NCBI GenBank assembly: GCA_041485465.1
Contig: JBGPJO010000002.1
Location: forward strand, 6,629 to 70,628
DNA from: Minisyncoccia bacterium
GTDB taxonomy: Bacteria; Patescibacteriota; Minisyncoccia; Phycocordibacterales; JAKFXT01
Direction: 5' to 3'
DNA: 64,000 bases
The translations under genes and the position numbers were made by a program. The notes beneath the pieces are model-generated. The model saw only the letters and a program-made list of their open reading frames with translations. It searched no databases and had not been told where the DNA came from. Position 1 is the first letter of the stretch; every line of letters starts with the position of its first letter. Shown one piece after another: positions 1 through 8,903 of this stretch.

Positions 1-147
1 TGGAATTTTTGGAATACGCCATTGTGCCCCCGAACGTTGCACTAACAATCGTCTCTGCACGGAAATAAAAACAAAAACTCCCCCTTAGGGGAGTTTTTGA
101 CAGTCGGCTTGTTTTTGAGTAATTTTGGGATAGAAGAGGAGGCAGCC

Positions 148-420
148 ATGGATGATGCAAAGATACGCAAGGTTCTCAGGATGTACAGAAGAGAGCTGAT
201 TAAGCGCGGTGCGAAGCCAGTCAGCATCCATCACGAAAAGATCCCGCGGACTTCCGACGAAAAGCTGGATCACATTCTCGGTATGATTCCGAAGATGTAC
301 AAGTTTTTGAATGAGGGACGACGGGAGAAGGTTATGCGGTGGCTGGGCTTCATACAGGGAGTACTTTGGGCAACCAAGGTCTATTCTGTCGATGAGCTCA
401 AGAACCATAACCGGCCATAG
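148..420 (+). CDS. Hypothetical protein (90 aa) with RWLGFIQGVL motif
   Basis: ORF 97..420, start moved to ATG 148 because GAGGAGG lies at 136-142. Confidence 0.7.
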   Translation: MDDAKIRKVLRMYRRELIKRGAKPVSIHHEKIPRTSDEKLDHILGMIPKMYKFLNEGRREKVMRWLGFIQGVLWATKVYSVDELKNHNRP

Positions 421-458
421 TCGGTATTATTCAGAAAGTTTTTGTAAAGGAGGTGCAC

Positions 459-575
459 ATGAAAGTGGGGACTAAAAAATGCACGCGTCACGCCGCATTA
501 CCCATTATCTTCATCGCCATCTTTGCTCTCGCCTCTTTCAGTGCCCATGAAATCAAGGGGCAAGGAGGCGACTAG
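459..575 (+). CDS. Putative 38-aa membrane/signal peptide MKVGTKKCTRHAALPIIFIAIFALASFSAHEIKGQGGD
   Basis: Translated by hand; SD AAGGAGGT just upstream, hydrophobic core, terminator follows. Confidence 0.55.
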   Translation: MKVGTKKCTRHAALPIIFIAIFALASFSAHEIKGQGGD

Positions 576-612
576 CGTAGCAAATACATTCACATGATCT
601 GATCGCAATCTC

Positions 613-648
613 AAATGATCCGCAACACTGCCGCGGGTCATTTTTTTT
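613..648 (+). terminator. Intrinsic terminator
   Basis: AAATGATCCGC/GCGGGTCATTT stem followed by T-run. Confidence 0.6.
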
Positions 649-695
649 CCACACTCTTTCCACTTCTCGCGCACCCTTAAAAAGGCCTCTAATGT

Positions 696-724
696 TTGAC
701 TAGTTAAAACCTTTTAGCTATAGT
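696..724 (+). promoter_or_regulatory. Sigma70-type promoter for tuf
   Basis: TTGACT-17 nt-TATAGT. Confidence 0.6.
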
Positions 725-881
725 GTTCTGACCGCATTTTTCTCTATAATATGAATGCGTGCCCCGCCTCCGGCGGGGCGTGCTGCCTCACGGCAGTTTT
801 ATTAGTTGTTATTAATTTGTAGTTTTGAGAGGCAAGCAACCGTTCTCGCGGGCTTACCTTTCGAAAGTACCAAAGAAAATT

Positions 882-2081
882 ATGGCAGAATCAAAAGCCT
901 TCGATCGCAGCAAGCCACACGTCAACGTCGGCACGATCGGTCACGTCGACCATGGTAAGACCACTCTTACCGCCGCAATCCTCCACGTGCTTAACATGTC
1001 CGGAAAGGAGGTGAAGCTTAAAGGTGTCGACCAGATTGACTCCGCGCCTGAAGAAAAAGCGCGCGGTATTACCATTAATATTTCGCACAACGAGTATTCA
1101 ACCGATACTCGCCACTACGCGCACATCGATGCTCCGGGTCACGCCGATTACATCAAGAACATGATCACCGGCGCGGCCCAAATGGACGGCGCAATTCTTG
1201 TTGTTGCCGCAACTGACGGCGTCATGCCGCAGACCCGTGAACACGTCCTTCTTGCAAAGCAGGTCGGCGTTCCGAAAATCATCGTTTTCCTTAATAAGGT
1301 TGACATGGTGCCCGATAAAGACCTTATTGATCTCGTCGAAGAAGAGGTCCGCGAGCTTTTGACGAAACAAGGTTTTGACGGCAAAGACGCTCCGGTTATC
1401 CGCGGTTCAGGCCTTAAAGCTCTTGAATCAAAGTCGGTAACCGACGAATATGCGCAGAAAATTATCGAACTGACAAACGCTCTTGATACCTACATCCCAA
1501 TCCCGGTGCGCGAGCTCGACAAGCCATTCCTCATGCCGGTTGAAGACATCTTCTCGATTGAAGGCCGCGGTACCGTTGTCACCGGCCGCATCGAGCGCGG
1601 AAAAATCAAAGTGGGCGACGAAGTTGAGGTCATCGGTTTTAAAGACACTCTTAAAACAACCGTTACCGGTATTGAAATGTTCAACAAGTCGCTTCAAGAA
1701 GGTCTTGCGGGAGACAATGCGGGAATTCTTGTTCGCGGTTTGAAAAAAGAAGACATCCACCGCGGTCAGGTTCTTGCAAAACCGGGCTCCGTTACTCCTC
1801 ACACCGAATTCGAATCCGAAGTGTACATTCTCACCAAAGAAGAAGGGGGCAGGCACACGCCGTTCTTCACTGGGTATAAGCCACAGTTCTATATTCGGAC
1901 GACTGACGTTACCGGCGAGGTGGCTCTTAAAGAGGGAGTCGAGATGGTCATGCCGGGCGATACCGTCACCTTCAAAGTGAAGCTTGTCGCGCCAGTTGCT
2001 CTTGAAGAAAAACAGCGCTTCGCTATTCGCGAAGGCGGCAAGACAGTTGGTGCAGGTGTTGTCACTAAAGTTATAGCGTAA
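882..2081 (+). CDS. tuf: Elongation factor Tu
   Basis: [23 protein letters not shown] motifs; start set at ATG 882 ([13 protein letters not shown]). Confidence 0.99.
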   Translation: MAESKAFDRSKPHVNVGTIGHVDHGKTTLTAAILHVLNMSGKEVKLKGVDQIDSAPEEKARGITINISHNEYSTDTRHYAHIDAPGHADYIKNMITGAAQMDGAILVVAATDGVMPQTREHVLLAKQVGVPKIIVFLNKVDMVPDKDLIDLVEEEVRELLTKQGFDGKDAPVIRGSGLKALESKSVTDEYAQKIIELTNALDTYIPIPVRELDKPFLMPVEDIFSIEGRGTVVTGRIERGKIKVGDEVEVIGFKDTLKTTVTGIEMFNKSLQEGLAGDNAGILVRGLKKEDIHRGQVLAKPGSVTPHTEFESEVYILTKEEGGRHTPFFTGYKPQFYIRTTDVTGEVALKEGVEMVMPGDTVTFKVKLVAPVALEEKQRFAIREGGKTVGAGVVTKVIA

Positions 2082-2089
2082 GGATTCTC

Positions 2090-2488
2090 ATGGCAGAGAA
2101 GGCGACAAAAACAGCACTGAGAACAGCACCGAGAAAAAGAGCGGCTCCAAAGGCTTCAACCAAAATTCCAGCCAAAGAAGACTTTGGCAAGCTCCGCATC
2201 AGGGTACGCGCCTACGAGCACAAGATTCTTGATGCTTCCGTAAAACAAATCATCGACACGGCGCTCCGCTATGACGCGAAAGTGGAAGGACCGGTACCGC
2301 TTCCGACTGAAATAAAAAAATATACGGTCAATCGTTCGACCTTTATCTTCAAAAACTCGCGAGAACAATTTGAAATGCGGGTTCACAAGCGCTTGATCGA
2401 CATCATCAATCCTTCAGTCAAAGTGATTGAAGCGCTCACCAACTTGAGCCTCCCTTCAGGAGTCTCAATTGATGTGAAGATGATGTAA
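2090..2488 (+). CDS. rpsJ: 30S ribosomal protein S10, basic N-terminal extension
   Basis: LRIRVRAYEH, GPVPLPT, REQFEMRVHKRLIDI. Confidence 0.97.
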   Translation: MAEKATKTALRTAPRKRAAPKASTKIPAKEDFGKLRIRVRAYEHKILDASVKQIIDTALRYDAKVEGPVPLPTEIKKYTVNRSTFIFKNSREQFEMRVHKRLIDIINPSVKVIEALTNLSLPSGVSIDVKMM

Positions 2489-2507
2489 GTTAAAAAAGAA
2501 AACCATC

Positions 2508-2540
2508 AAAAAAGCCCTAACCTGGAGGGCTTTTTTGTTT
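2508..2540 (+). terminator. Intrinsic terminator after rpsJ
   Basis: AAAAAAGCCCT/AGGGCTTTTTT hairpin with T-tract. Confidence 0.75.
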
Positions 2541-2566
2541 GCATTTTTAAATGGCTCATGTATACT
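2539..2566 (+). promoter_or_regulatory. Internal promoter for rplC
   Basis: TTGCAT-16 nt-TATACT. Confidence 0.55.
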
Positions 2567-2681
2567 CTTCGCAACTCGCAAGAGTAGATCTATGTCCCTC
2601 CGTTAAGGCGTTCGGGACCAATGGACAATTATTCCGCACGGAATCGTCCATTGCGGATTTTTTGTTGACTATATTTATATT

Positions 2682-3296
2682 GTGAAATTCATTCTCGGCA
2701 CAAAGCAATACATGACGCAGGTGTTTGATGAAAAAGGCGTGGTCACGCCCGGCACTGTTGTTTCCTGCGGTCCGGTCACCGTAACTGCCGTCAAAAACTC
2801 CGAGAAAGACGGATACAAAGCGGTTCAGGTTGGCTTTGGTGTTGCAAAAGAAAAAAATGTTTCAAAACCACAGCTCGGTCATTTCAAAGGAAAGGGCCCG
2901 TTCAAGCATCTTAAAGAATTTAAGGCTTCCGAAGGAACATTTGAAGTCGGTTCGACTATTGATGTTTCAACATTTAACGAAGGGGATACCGTTTCTGTTT
3001 CGGGAATTTCAAAGGGTAAAGGTTTTCAGGGTGTGGTCAAGCGCCATGGCTTCCATGGAGGTCCTCGCACTCACGGGCAGAAGCATTCCGAGCGCGAGCC
3101 GGGGTCAATCGGCGGTGGCGGACGCGCGGGGGGTCGCGTCATCAAAGGTATGCGCATGGCGGGAAGAATGGGGGGAGACCGCATATCGGTTGCGAACCTG
3201 CGCGTTATCAAAGTTTTCCCAAAGACGAACGAGATGATTATTTCGGGAGCGCTTCCCGGCGCGCGTGGCACCTTGCTTGAAATTGTTTCTATATAA
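2682..3296 (+). CDS. rplC: 50S ribosomal protein L3
   Basis: DGYKAVQVG, SKGKGFQGVVKRHGF, REPGSIG; GTG start. Confidence 0.98.
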   Translation: MKFILGTKQYMTQVFDEKGVVTPGTVVSCGPVTVTAVKNSEKDGYKAVQVGFGVAKEKNVSKPQLGHFKGKGPFKHLKEFKASEGTFEVGSTIDVSTFNEGDTVSVSGISKGKGFQGVVKRHGFHGGPRTHGQKHSEREPGSIGGGGRAGGRVIKGMRMAGRMGGDRISVANLRVIKVFPKTNEMIISGALPGARGTLLEIVSI

Positions 3297-3303
3297 ATAA
3301 AAA

Positions 3304-3963
3304 ATGGAAGCGAAAATTTACAACCAAAAAGGAAAAGAGGCGGGGAAAATAAAACTTCCCGAGGAAGTTTTTGGCCTTCCCTGGAACGCCGACCTAGTAC
3401 ACCAGGTTATTACCTCGATGGAATCAAGCGGGCGTTTTGGCACTGCTCACACGAAAGATCGCGGTGAGGTTAGGGGCGGTGGCAAAAAGCCATGGCGGCA
3501 GAAAGGCACGGGGAGAGCGCGGCACGGTTCGATCCGTTCTCCTATTTGGAGGGGTGGAGGTATTACCCACGGTCCGCGAGCTGAGAAAAACTACGAGCGC
3601 AAAGTTAATCGGAAGATGAAGCTAAAAGCGCTTCATACGCTTTTATCGCGAAAGTGGAAAGACGGAGAAATAATTTTCATGGACAGCCTCTCCCTTTCAG
3701 CGCCAAAAACCAAGGAAGGAAAGGAAATTCTTTTGAATCTCGCCGGTATCGCGGGATTCGAGGGAATCATGAAAAAGAAGAAAAACGCGCTTTTACTTGC
3801 AATCGACAAGAAAAACGCGCCGGTTGAAAAAAGCTTCCGTAATTTCGCGAATGTTGAAGTCTCCGAAGTGAGGAATCTCAATCCGGTTGCCCTTGCCACC
3901 TACCGCTTTGTCGCAATTGTTAATCCCGAAGAGTCGCTTAAATCGTTCGCAAGGAAGATATAA
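3304..3963 (+). CDS. rplD: 50S ribosomal protein L4
   Basis: TKDRGEVRGGGKKPWRQKGTGRARHGS. Confidence 0.98.
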   Translation: MEAKIYNQKGKEAGKIKLPEEVFGLPWNADLVHQVITSMESSGRFGTAHTKDRGEVRGGGKKPWRQKGTGRARHGSIRSPIWRGGGITHGPRAEKNYERKVNRKMKLKALHTLLSRKWKDGEIIFMDSLSLSAPKTKEGKEILLNLAGIAGFEGIMKKKKNALLLAIDKKNAPVEKSFRNFANVEVSEVRNLNPVALATYRFVAIVNPEESLKSFARKI

Positions 3964-3971
3964 TCAACACC

Positions 3972-4349
3972 ATGGCAATTTTTGGAGGAAAAAAGAAAAC
4001 TGAAATGAAAAAAGACGCCCCGAGTGCCGCTATCGAGCGCGAAATGGGAAATATTGTGCGCGAAGAGAGGGAAACATTTCCGTCGCGCGTCATTATACGG
4101 CCGCGCATTACCGAAAAGGCGACAGCCAAGTCAGAATCGGGTGTGTATACGTTTGATGTCGAAAAAAGTGCGACGAAAAATTCAATTGCCTCTGCCATAA
4201 AAAATCTTTTCAAGGTGACGCCGGTTAAGATCGCGATTGTTCCTATCAAAAGCAAGAATATATTCTCTCGCGGTAAACGCGGCAGGACGAAAACCGGCAA
4301 GAAAGCGTATGTCTATCTGAAGAAGGGAGATGTCATCGAATTTGTCTAA
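3972..4349 (+). CDS. rplW: 50S ribosomal protein L23, N-terminal extension
   Basis: PRITEKA, KKAYVYL; synteny. Confidence 0.95.
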   Translation: MAIFGGKKKTEMKKDAPSAAIEREMGNIVREERETFPSRVIIRPRITEKATAKSESGVYTFDVEKSATKNSIASAIKNLFKVTPVKIAIVPIKSKNIFSRGKRGRTKTGKKAYVYLKKGDVIEFV

Positions 4350-4358
4350 AGAAAAATC

Positions 4359-5204
4359 ATGAAAACATACCGACCAACAACCCCCTCACGCCGCAACATG
4401 ACCACGATTTCAAATCGTGAGCTAATAACGCGCGACCATCCGGAAAAGTCTCTCGTTTCCGGTGGAAAACGCGGTGTCGGGAGAAATGCTTTTGGCCGGA
4501 TTACGGTTCGCCACAAAGGGGGCGGACACAAGCGCCGCTTCCGTGACATCGATTTTCTTTTCGATAAAATAGATATTCCGGGGAGGATCGCGTCAATTGA
4601 ATATGATCCCAATCGCTCTGGTCTCATTGCGCTTATCATCTATAAGGATGGCGAGAAACGTTACATGCTCGCGCCTCAATCACTGAAAGTCGGGGAGACG
4701 ATTCTTGCGGGAGAAAAAGCGCCACTGACGCCGGGTAATCGTCTGCCGCTTAGAAATATTCCGATCGGCACATTTGTTTATAATATTGAACTCAAATCGC
4801 GCGGCGGAGCGAAACTCTGCAGAAGCGCGGGAAACTATGCCGAAGTGATCGCTCACGACATGGGCTACGCCAACGTGAAGTTGCCCTCGACTGAAGTGAG
4901 AAAAATTCCCGAAAATGCTTGGGCTTCAATCGGCGAGGTTTCAAACGAGGAGCATCACTTGGAAAATATCGGCAAAGCGGGACGCTCTCGCTGGATGGGT
5001 ATTCGTCCGACCGTTCGCGGTACCGCTATGAATCCGGTTGACCATCCTCATGGCGGGGGCGAAGGACGCCAAGGACGCGGATTGCGCCGTGCCAAAAGCG
5101 CGTGGGGCAAGCCGACAGGCAAGGGGCAGAAGACAAGGACGCCGAAGAAATACTCAAATCGACTTATCGTCTCTCGCCGTAAGGTTGGCAAAAAGCGAGA
5201 ATAA
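4359..5204 (+). CDS. rplB: 50S ribosomal protein L2
   Basis: IEYDPNRS, RPTVRGTAMNPVDHPHGGGEG. Confidence 0.99.
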   Translation: MKTYRPTTPSRRNMTTISNRELITRDHPEKSLVSGGKRGVGRNAFGRITVRHKGGGHKRRFRDIDFLFDKIDIPGRIASIEYDPNRSGLIALIIYKDGEKRYMLAPQSLKVGETILAGEKAPLTPGNRLPLRNIPIGTFVYNIELKSRGGAKLCRSAGNYAEVIAHDMGYANVKLPSTEVRKIPENAWASIGEVSNEEHHLENIGKAGRSRWMGIRPTVRGTAMNPVDHPHGGGEGRQGRGLRRAKSAWGKPTGKGQKTRTPKKYSNRLIVSRRKVGKKRE

Positions 5205-5206
5205 GA

Positions 5207-5242
5207 AAAAAACATCGCGCCCCTCGCGATGTTTTTGTTTTT
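5207..5242 (+). terminator. Intrinsic terminator after rplB
   Basis: AAAAACATCGCG/CGCGATGTTTTT. Confidence 0.75.
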
Positions 5243-5298
5243 GACAATAAGAGAAAATCTAGTAGTTTGAAAGGAGAAAACAGATTGCGAGGGATGTC

Positions 5299-5574
5299 AT
5301 GGACCAAAATGGCGAAGAGTCTTCTTATCGCTACACAGTTACTTGGAAGCCGACGGGTGAAAAACTTCACATCTGCTCAGAAGAAGAGCTGAAGAGAGAA
5401 ACAATCTTTATCATTCCTAAACGGTTGGGGAGTGAAACCCTCCTTTCGTCCTGCCGAAAATTCACCGTTTTTGTGTGCTTGCTTAACGGCACAAAGATCA
5501 AACTTGACGTTTCTCTTGATGATGAAGCAAACACTAGTTCGTTACGTGGTCAAGAGAAGGCGAAAATTCCATGA
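5299..5574 (+). CDS. Hypothetical protein inserted in the S10 cluster
   Basis: 91-aa ORF after TTGACA(5241)-16-TAGTTT; GAGGG upstream. Confidence 0.6.
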   Translation: MDQNGEESSYRYTVTWKPTGEKLHICSEEELKRETIFIIPKRLGSETLLSSCRKFTVFVCLLNGTKIKLDVSLDDEANTSSLRGQEKAKIP

Positions 5575-5870
5575 GTGGTCCTCTCGGGAGGGTAACGTCG
5601 GTTGTTGCCAAAGAGCGCAAGGGAAGGGTAATTTTTATCCACACGATTAAGATCCACACGAAAAAATACCACCGCAAAAGCTATTTCTACCTCCTAACCT
5701 TTCGCGAAATAGAAAAAGGATCACTGATCAAGATCCTCATACCCTCAGAGGTTCCAAGCATCCAAGTCTATGTGCCGTGGAATTGCCTTGAGTATTCTCT
5801 CCCGATAGGCAATACGGGAGTAGATTGGCAGGGAAAAATTTGTCTTTTCCGAAAAGTCCTAACGGGGTAG
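5571..5870 (+). CDS. Hypothetical protein, translationally coupled to the previous ORF
   Basis: 99-aa ORF; ATGA overlap at 5571-5574; ends in a terminator stem. Confidence 0.6.
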   Translation: MSGPLGRVTSVVAKERKGRVIFIHTIKIHTKKYHRKSYFYLLTFREIEKGSLIKILIPSEVPSIQVYVPWNCLEYSLPIGNTGVDWQGKICLFRKVLTG

Positions 5871-5903
5871 CAATTTGACACTGCTACCCCTTTTTTGTAC
5901 TAT
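5864..5903 (+). terminator. Terminator with embedded rpsS promoter
   Basis: GGGGTAGCA/TGCTACCCC plus T6; loop holds TTGACA (5875-5880), TACTAT follows after 17 nt (5898-5903). Confidence 0.7.
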
Positions 5904-5973
5904 GCACAGGCCTCATTTGGCGAAGGCACGTACCCCGTAAGGGTGTGCTTTTTATTTTATCTTGCATTAGATA

Positions 5974-6333
5974 ATGACGCGATCACTCAAAAAAGGACCA
6001 TACCTTGACCCGAAACTTTTGAAAAAGATTGAGGGTAAACGGCCTGAAAATGTCGGGGTTATTAAGACCTGGGCACGCCGTAGCCAGATTTCTCCTGAAA
6101 TGGTCGGTTTCAAGTTTGGTGTTCACAACGGCAGAGACCATATCGAAGTTTTGGTGACGGAGGATATGGTCGGGCATCGTCTCGGCGAATTTTCTCTGAC
6201 GCGCAAGTTTCTCCGTCACGGCGGCAAGATGCAAAAGGAACTTGAGCAGAAGAAAAAAGAAGCCGAAATTGCCGCAGCGCAGTCGGCGAAGGCATCGACC
6301 ACTGAAAAAGCGCCCGCTGCTCCGGCAAAATAA
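5974..6333 (+). CDS. rpsS: 30S ribosomal protein S19, C-terminal extension
   Basis: [26 protein letters not shown]. Confidence 0.98.
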   Translation: MTRSLKKGPYLDPKLLKKIEGKRPENVGVIKTWARRSQISPEMVGFKFGVHNGRDHIEVLVTEDMVGHRLGEFSLTRKFLRHGGKMQKELEQKKKEAEIAAAQSAKASTTEKAPAAPAK

Positions 6334-6340
6334 TTAACTT

Positions 6341-6664
6341 ATGAAAGCAGTGCTTAAAAACTATCGTCAGTCGCCGCGCAAGGTTCGTCTCGTGGCGAAT
6401 CTGATAAAAGGAAAGTCCGCCGACCGCGCTTTGCTTGAACTTTCCTATCTTCCGAAGCGTGCGGGGAAACCCCTCGAGAAGCTTTTGCGCTCGGCGGTTG
6501 CAAACGCGAAGCGGGACGGATTGACTGCTGAGGACCTGATCATAAAAAAGATGACCGTTGATAAAGGCATTGTTTTGAAACGCATGATGCCACGCGCCCG
6601 CGGTTCCGCCGCCCAAATTTTAAAAAGAATGAGTCATATTACCCTCGAACTTTCCCGTAAATAA
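6341..6664 (+). CDS. rplV: 50S ribosomal protein L22
   Basis: SPRKVRLVANLIKG, PRARG, SHI. Confidence 0.98.
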   Translation: MKAVLKNYRQSPRKVRLVANLIKGKSADRALLELSYLPKRAGKPLEKLLRSAVANAKRDGLTAEDLIIKKMTVDKGIVLKRMMPRARGSAAQILKRMSHITLELSRK

Positions 6665-6668
6665 TTGT

Positions 6669-7334
6669 ATGTCACACACCGTACATCCATACGCACATCG
6701 CCTCGGCATCATCAGGGACTGGAAATCCCGGTGGTTTTCGGTGGGTGAGAGATATCGCGCGTATCTGCGCGGCGACGTTCTCTTGCGCGAGTATCTTGAG
6801 AAGCGGCTCCGTGGTTTTTATGTAAGCGATATAGAAATCGAGCGCGGCGAGAAAACACTCCGCATCATTATCAAGACTTCACGCCCCGGCATGATCATCG
6901 GAAGGAGCGGCGAGGGCTCGGACAAACTCCGCAAAGATATCGCGTCTCTCATGGAGAAAAAGAAACTGCCGAAGCCAAAAGAACTTAAAATTGATATCGA
7001 GGAAGTCCGTTCGCCCGAATCAAACGCCCACATTGTCGCTTTTATGGTTGTTGAAGGCCTTGAGAAGCGTTTGCCATACCGGAGAGTTTTGAAGCAGATC
7101 GTCGAGAAGGTGATGGCGAATCGGGACGTCAAAGGAGCGCGTGTTCTCATTTCCGGGCGCCTCGGCGGTACCGACATTGCCCGCGCGGAGGGAATTAAAA
7201 AGGGGCGCGTTCCGCTTCAGACATTTCGCGCTGATATTGATTTCGCCCGTGAGCGAGCGCACCTTCCCTATGGCGACATCGGCGTCAAGGTTTGGATTTA
7301 TCGAGGTGAAATTTTCGATAAAGATAAAAAGTAA
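6669..7334 (+). CDS. rpsC: 30S ribosomal protein S3
   Basis: RPGMIIG, SGRLGG, PLQTFRADIDF. Confidence 0.98.
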   Translation: MSHTVHPYAHRLGIIRDWKSRWFSVGERYRAYLRGDVLLREYLEKRLRGFYVSDIEIERGEKTLRIIIKTSRPGMIIGRSGEGSDKLRKDIASLMEKKKLPKPKELKIDIEEVRSPESNAHIVAFMVVEGLEKRLPYRRVLKQIVEKVMANRDVKGARVLISGRLGGTDIARAEGIKKGRVPLQTFRADIDFARERAHLPYGDIGVKVWIYRGEIFDKDKK

Positions 7335-7337
7335 GGT

Positions 7338-7763
7338 ATGTTATTCCCGAAGAAAGTAAAATACAGGAAATGGCACAGCGCGCGGCGAAATCCAAAAAAG
7401 TCGTGGGTTGAGACGCGCGGTACCGAACTTTCTTTCGGCTCCTATGGCTTGAAGGCGCTCTCCGCCGGGCGCGTCCGCTCCAACCAAATCGAATCGTCGC
7501 GCAAAGTGATCGCACGGGCAACCGGCAAAGTCGGCAGAATGTGGATCCGGATTTTTCCGGATTTTCCCTTTACCGCAAAGGCCGCGGAAGTCGGCATGGG
7601 AAAGGGTAAGGGAGATCCGCAGGGCTATCAGTTCCAAGTTCGGCCGGGGAGAATTCTTTTTGAAGTTGACGGACTCTCTGCCCCTGTTGCCAAAAACACC
7701 CTTCGTAAAGCCGGCGCCAAGCTCCCTATAAAAACTAAAGTAGTGGCGCGCGCCGAAGCGTAA
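7338..7763 (+). CDS. rplP: 50S ribosomal protein L16
   Basis: WIRIFPD, MGKGKG, KLP. Confidence 0.98.
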   Translation: MLFPKKVKYRKWHSARRNPKKSWVETRGTELSFGSYGLKALSAGRVRSNQIESSRKVIARATGKVGRMWIRIFPDFPFTAKAAEVGMGKGKGDPQGYQFQVRPGRILFEVDGLSAPVAKNTLRKAGAKLPIKTKVVARAEA

Positions 7764-7767
7764 TTAT

Positions 7768-7947
7768 ATGAAAGACAGCAAGAGTAAAAACAAGGAAGAG
7801 CTTTTGAAAGAACTCAAAGAGAAAGAAACGGCACTTCGGACATTTCACTTTAGCATCTCGGGAAGCAAGACGAGAAATGTGCGGGAGGGCAGAAACATTC
7901 GTCGCACGGTCGCCCGAATTCGAACTCTCCTCAAGTCAATTAATTAG
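7768..7947 (+). CDS. rpmC: 50S ribosomal protein L29 (59 aa, below ORF-track cutoff)
   Basis: Hand translation MKDSKSKNKEELLKELKEKETALRTFHF...IRRTVARIRTLL; lies between rplP and rpsQ. Confidence 0.9.
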   Translation: MKDSKSKNKEELLKELKEKETALRTFHFSISGSKTRNVREGRNIRRTVARIRTLLKSIN

Positions 7948-7948
7948 C

Positions 7949-8203
7949 ATGGAACAGCACGGAATACAAAAAAATAATCCTCAGGGAAAGCGTCTCGACG
8001 GAGTCGTCGTCTCAAACAAGATGAAAGACACGATTGTTGTTCGGGTTGATCGCTATGTCAAGCACCCCAAATATGGAAAATTCTACACGATGAGCTCCCG
8101 CTTCAAGGCGCACGATCTTGGCAACACGAAGGCAATCGGAGACAAAGTAACGATAGAAGCCTGCCGCCCCCTCTCGAAAGATAAGTATTTTAAAGTTATT
8201 TAA
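7949..8203 (+). CDS. rpsQ: 30S ribosomal protein S17
   Basis: GVVVSNKMKDTIVV, HPKYGK, RPLSK; start moved to ATG 7949. Confidence 0.97.
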   Translation: MEQHGIQKNNPQGKRLDGVVVSNKMKDTIVVRVDRYVKHPKYGKFYTMSSRFKAHDLGNTKAIGDKVTIEACRPLSKDKYFKVI

Positions 8204-8208
8204 CGATT

Positions 8209-8580
8209 ATGATTCAGCCCCGAAGCATTGTGCGCATAGCGGATAATTCAGGCGGAAAAATCGGCCGGGTTTTTAAGGTGCTTGGTTCAACGAGGAAACG
8301 CTACGCGAGAATTGGTGATGTTGTGGTGCTCTCCGTCCAAGTCGCCGAACCGCGTAAAGCCGTAAAGAAAAAAGAAATTCTTCACGCGGTTGTCGTGCGG
8401 CAAAGAGATGCTTTCAGGAGAAAGGACGGCTCATACATCCGTTTTGACGAAAATGCCGTTGTCATAGTTGAAAAAGGGAAGAAAGAACCGAAGGCGGGGC
8501 GTGTGTTCGGTCCAATCCCGCGTGAGCTCGGCGAAGCCGGGTATCAAAAAATTATTTCGCTTGCTCCCGAAGTTGTATAG
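8209..8580 (+). CDS. rplN: 50S ribosomal protein L14
   Basis: ADNSG, IRFDENA, KIISLAPEV. Confidence 0.98.
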   Translation: MIQPRSIVRIADNSGGKIGRVFKVLGSTRKRYARIGDVVVLSVQVAEPRKAVKKKEILHAVVVRQRDAFRRKDGSYIRFDENAVVIVEKGKKEPKAGRVFGPIPRELGEAGYQKIISLAPEVV

Positions 8581-8590
8581 AAACATTGCC

Positions 8591-8902
8591 ATGAAAATTA
8601 AGAAAGGAGACACGGTCATAGTCATTTCAGGAGCCGATAAAGGGAAAAGCGGTAAAATTTTACATGTCTATCCGAAAAAAGGGAAAGTTTTGGTAGAAGG
8701 GGTCAACCTCAAAAAAAGGCACCGGAGAAGCCGCCGCAGCGGAGAAAAAGGTCAGATTATCGAGAAACCGAATCAAATTGACGCTTCAAACGTTATGTTT
8801 CTTGATCCGAAACAAAATGTGAAAACGCGCATTGTAATCTCCCGTGAGGGCGGTAAATCGGTGCGTATCGCGAAAAAGAGCGGCGCGGTGATTGAAAAAT
8901 AA
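8591..8902 (+). CDS. rplX: 50S ribosomal protein L24
   Basis: KIKKGDTVIVISGADKGK KOW motif; ATG 8591. Confidence 0.97.
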   Translation: MKIKKGDTVIVISGADKGKSGKILHVYPKKGKVLVEGVNLKKRHRRSRRSGEKGQIIEKPNQIDASNVMFLDPKQNVKTRIVISREGGKSVRIAKKSGAVIEK

Positions 8903-8903
8903 T

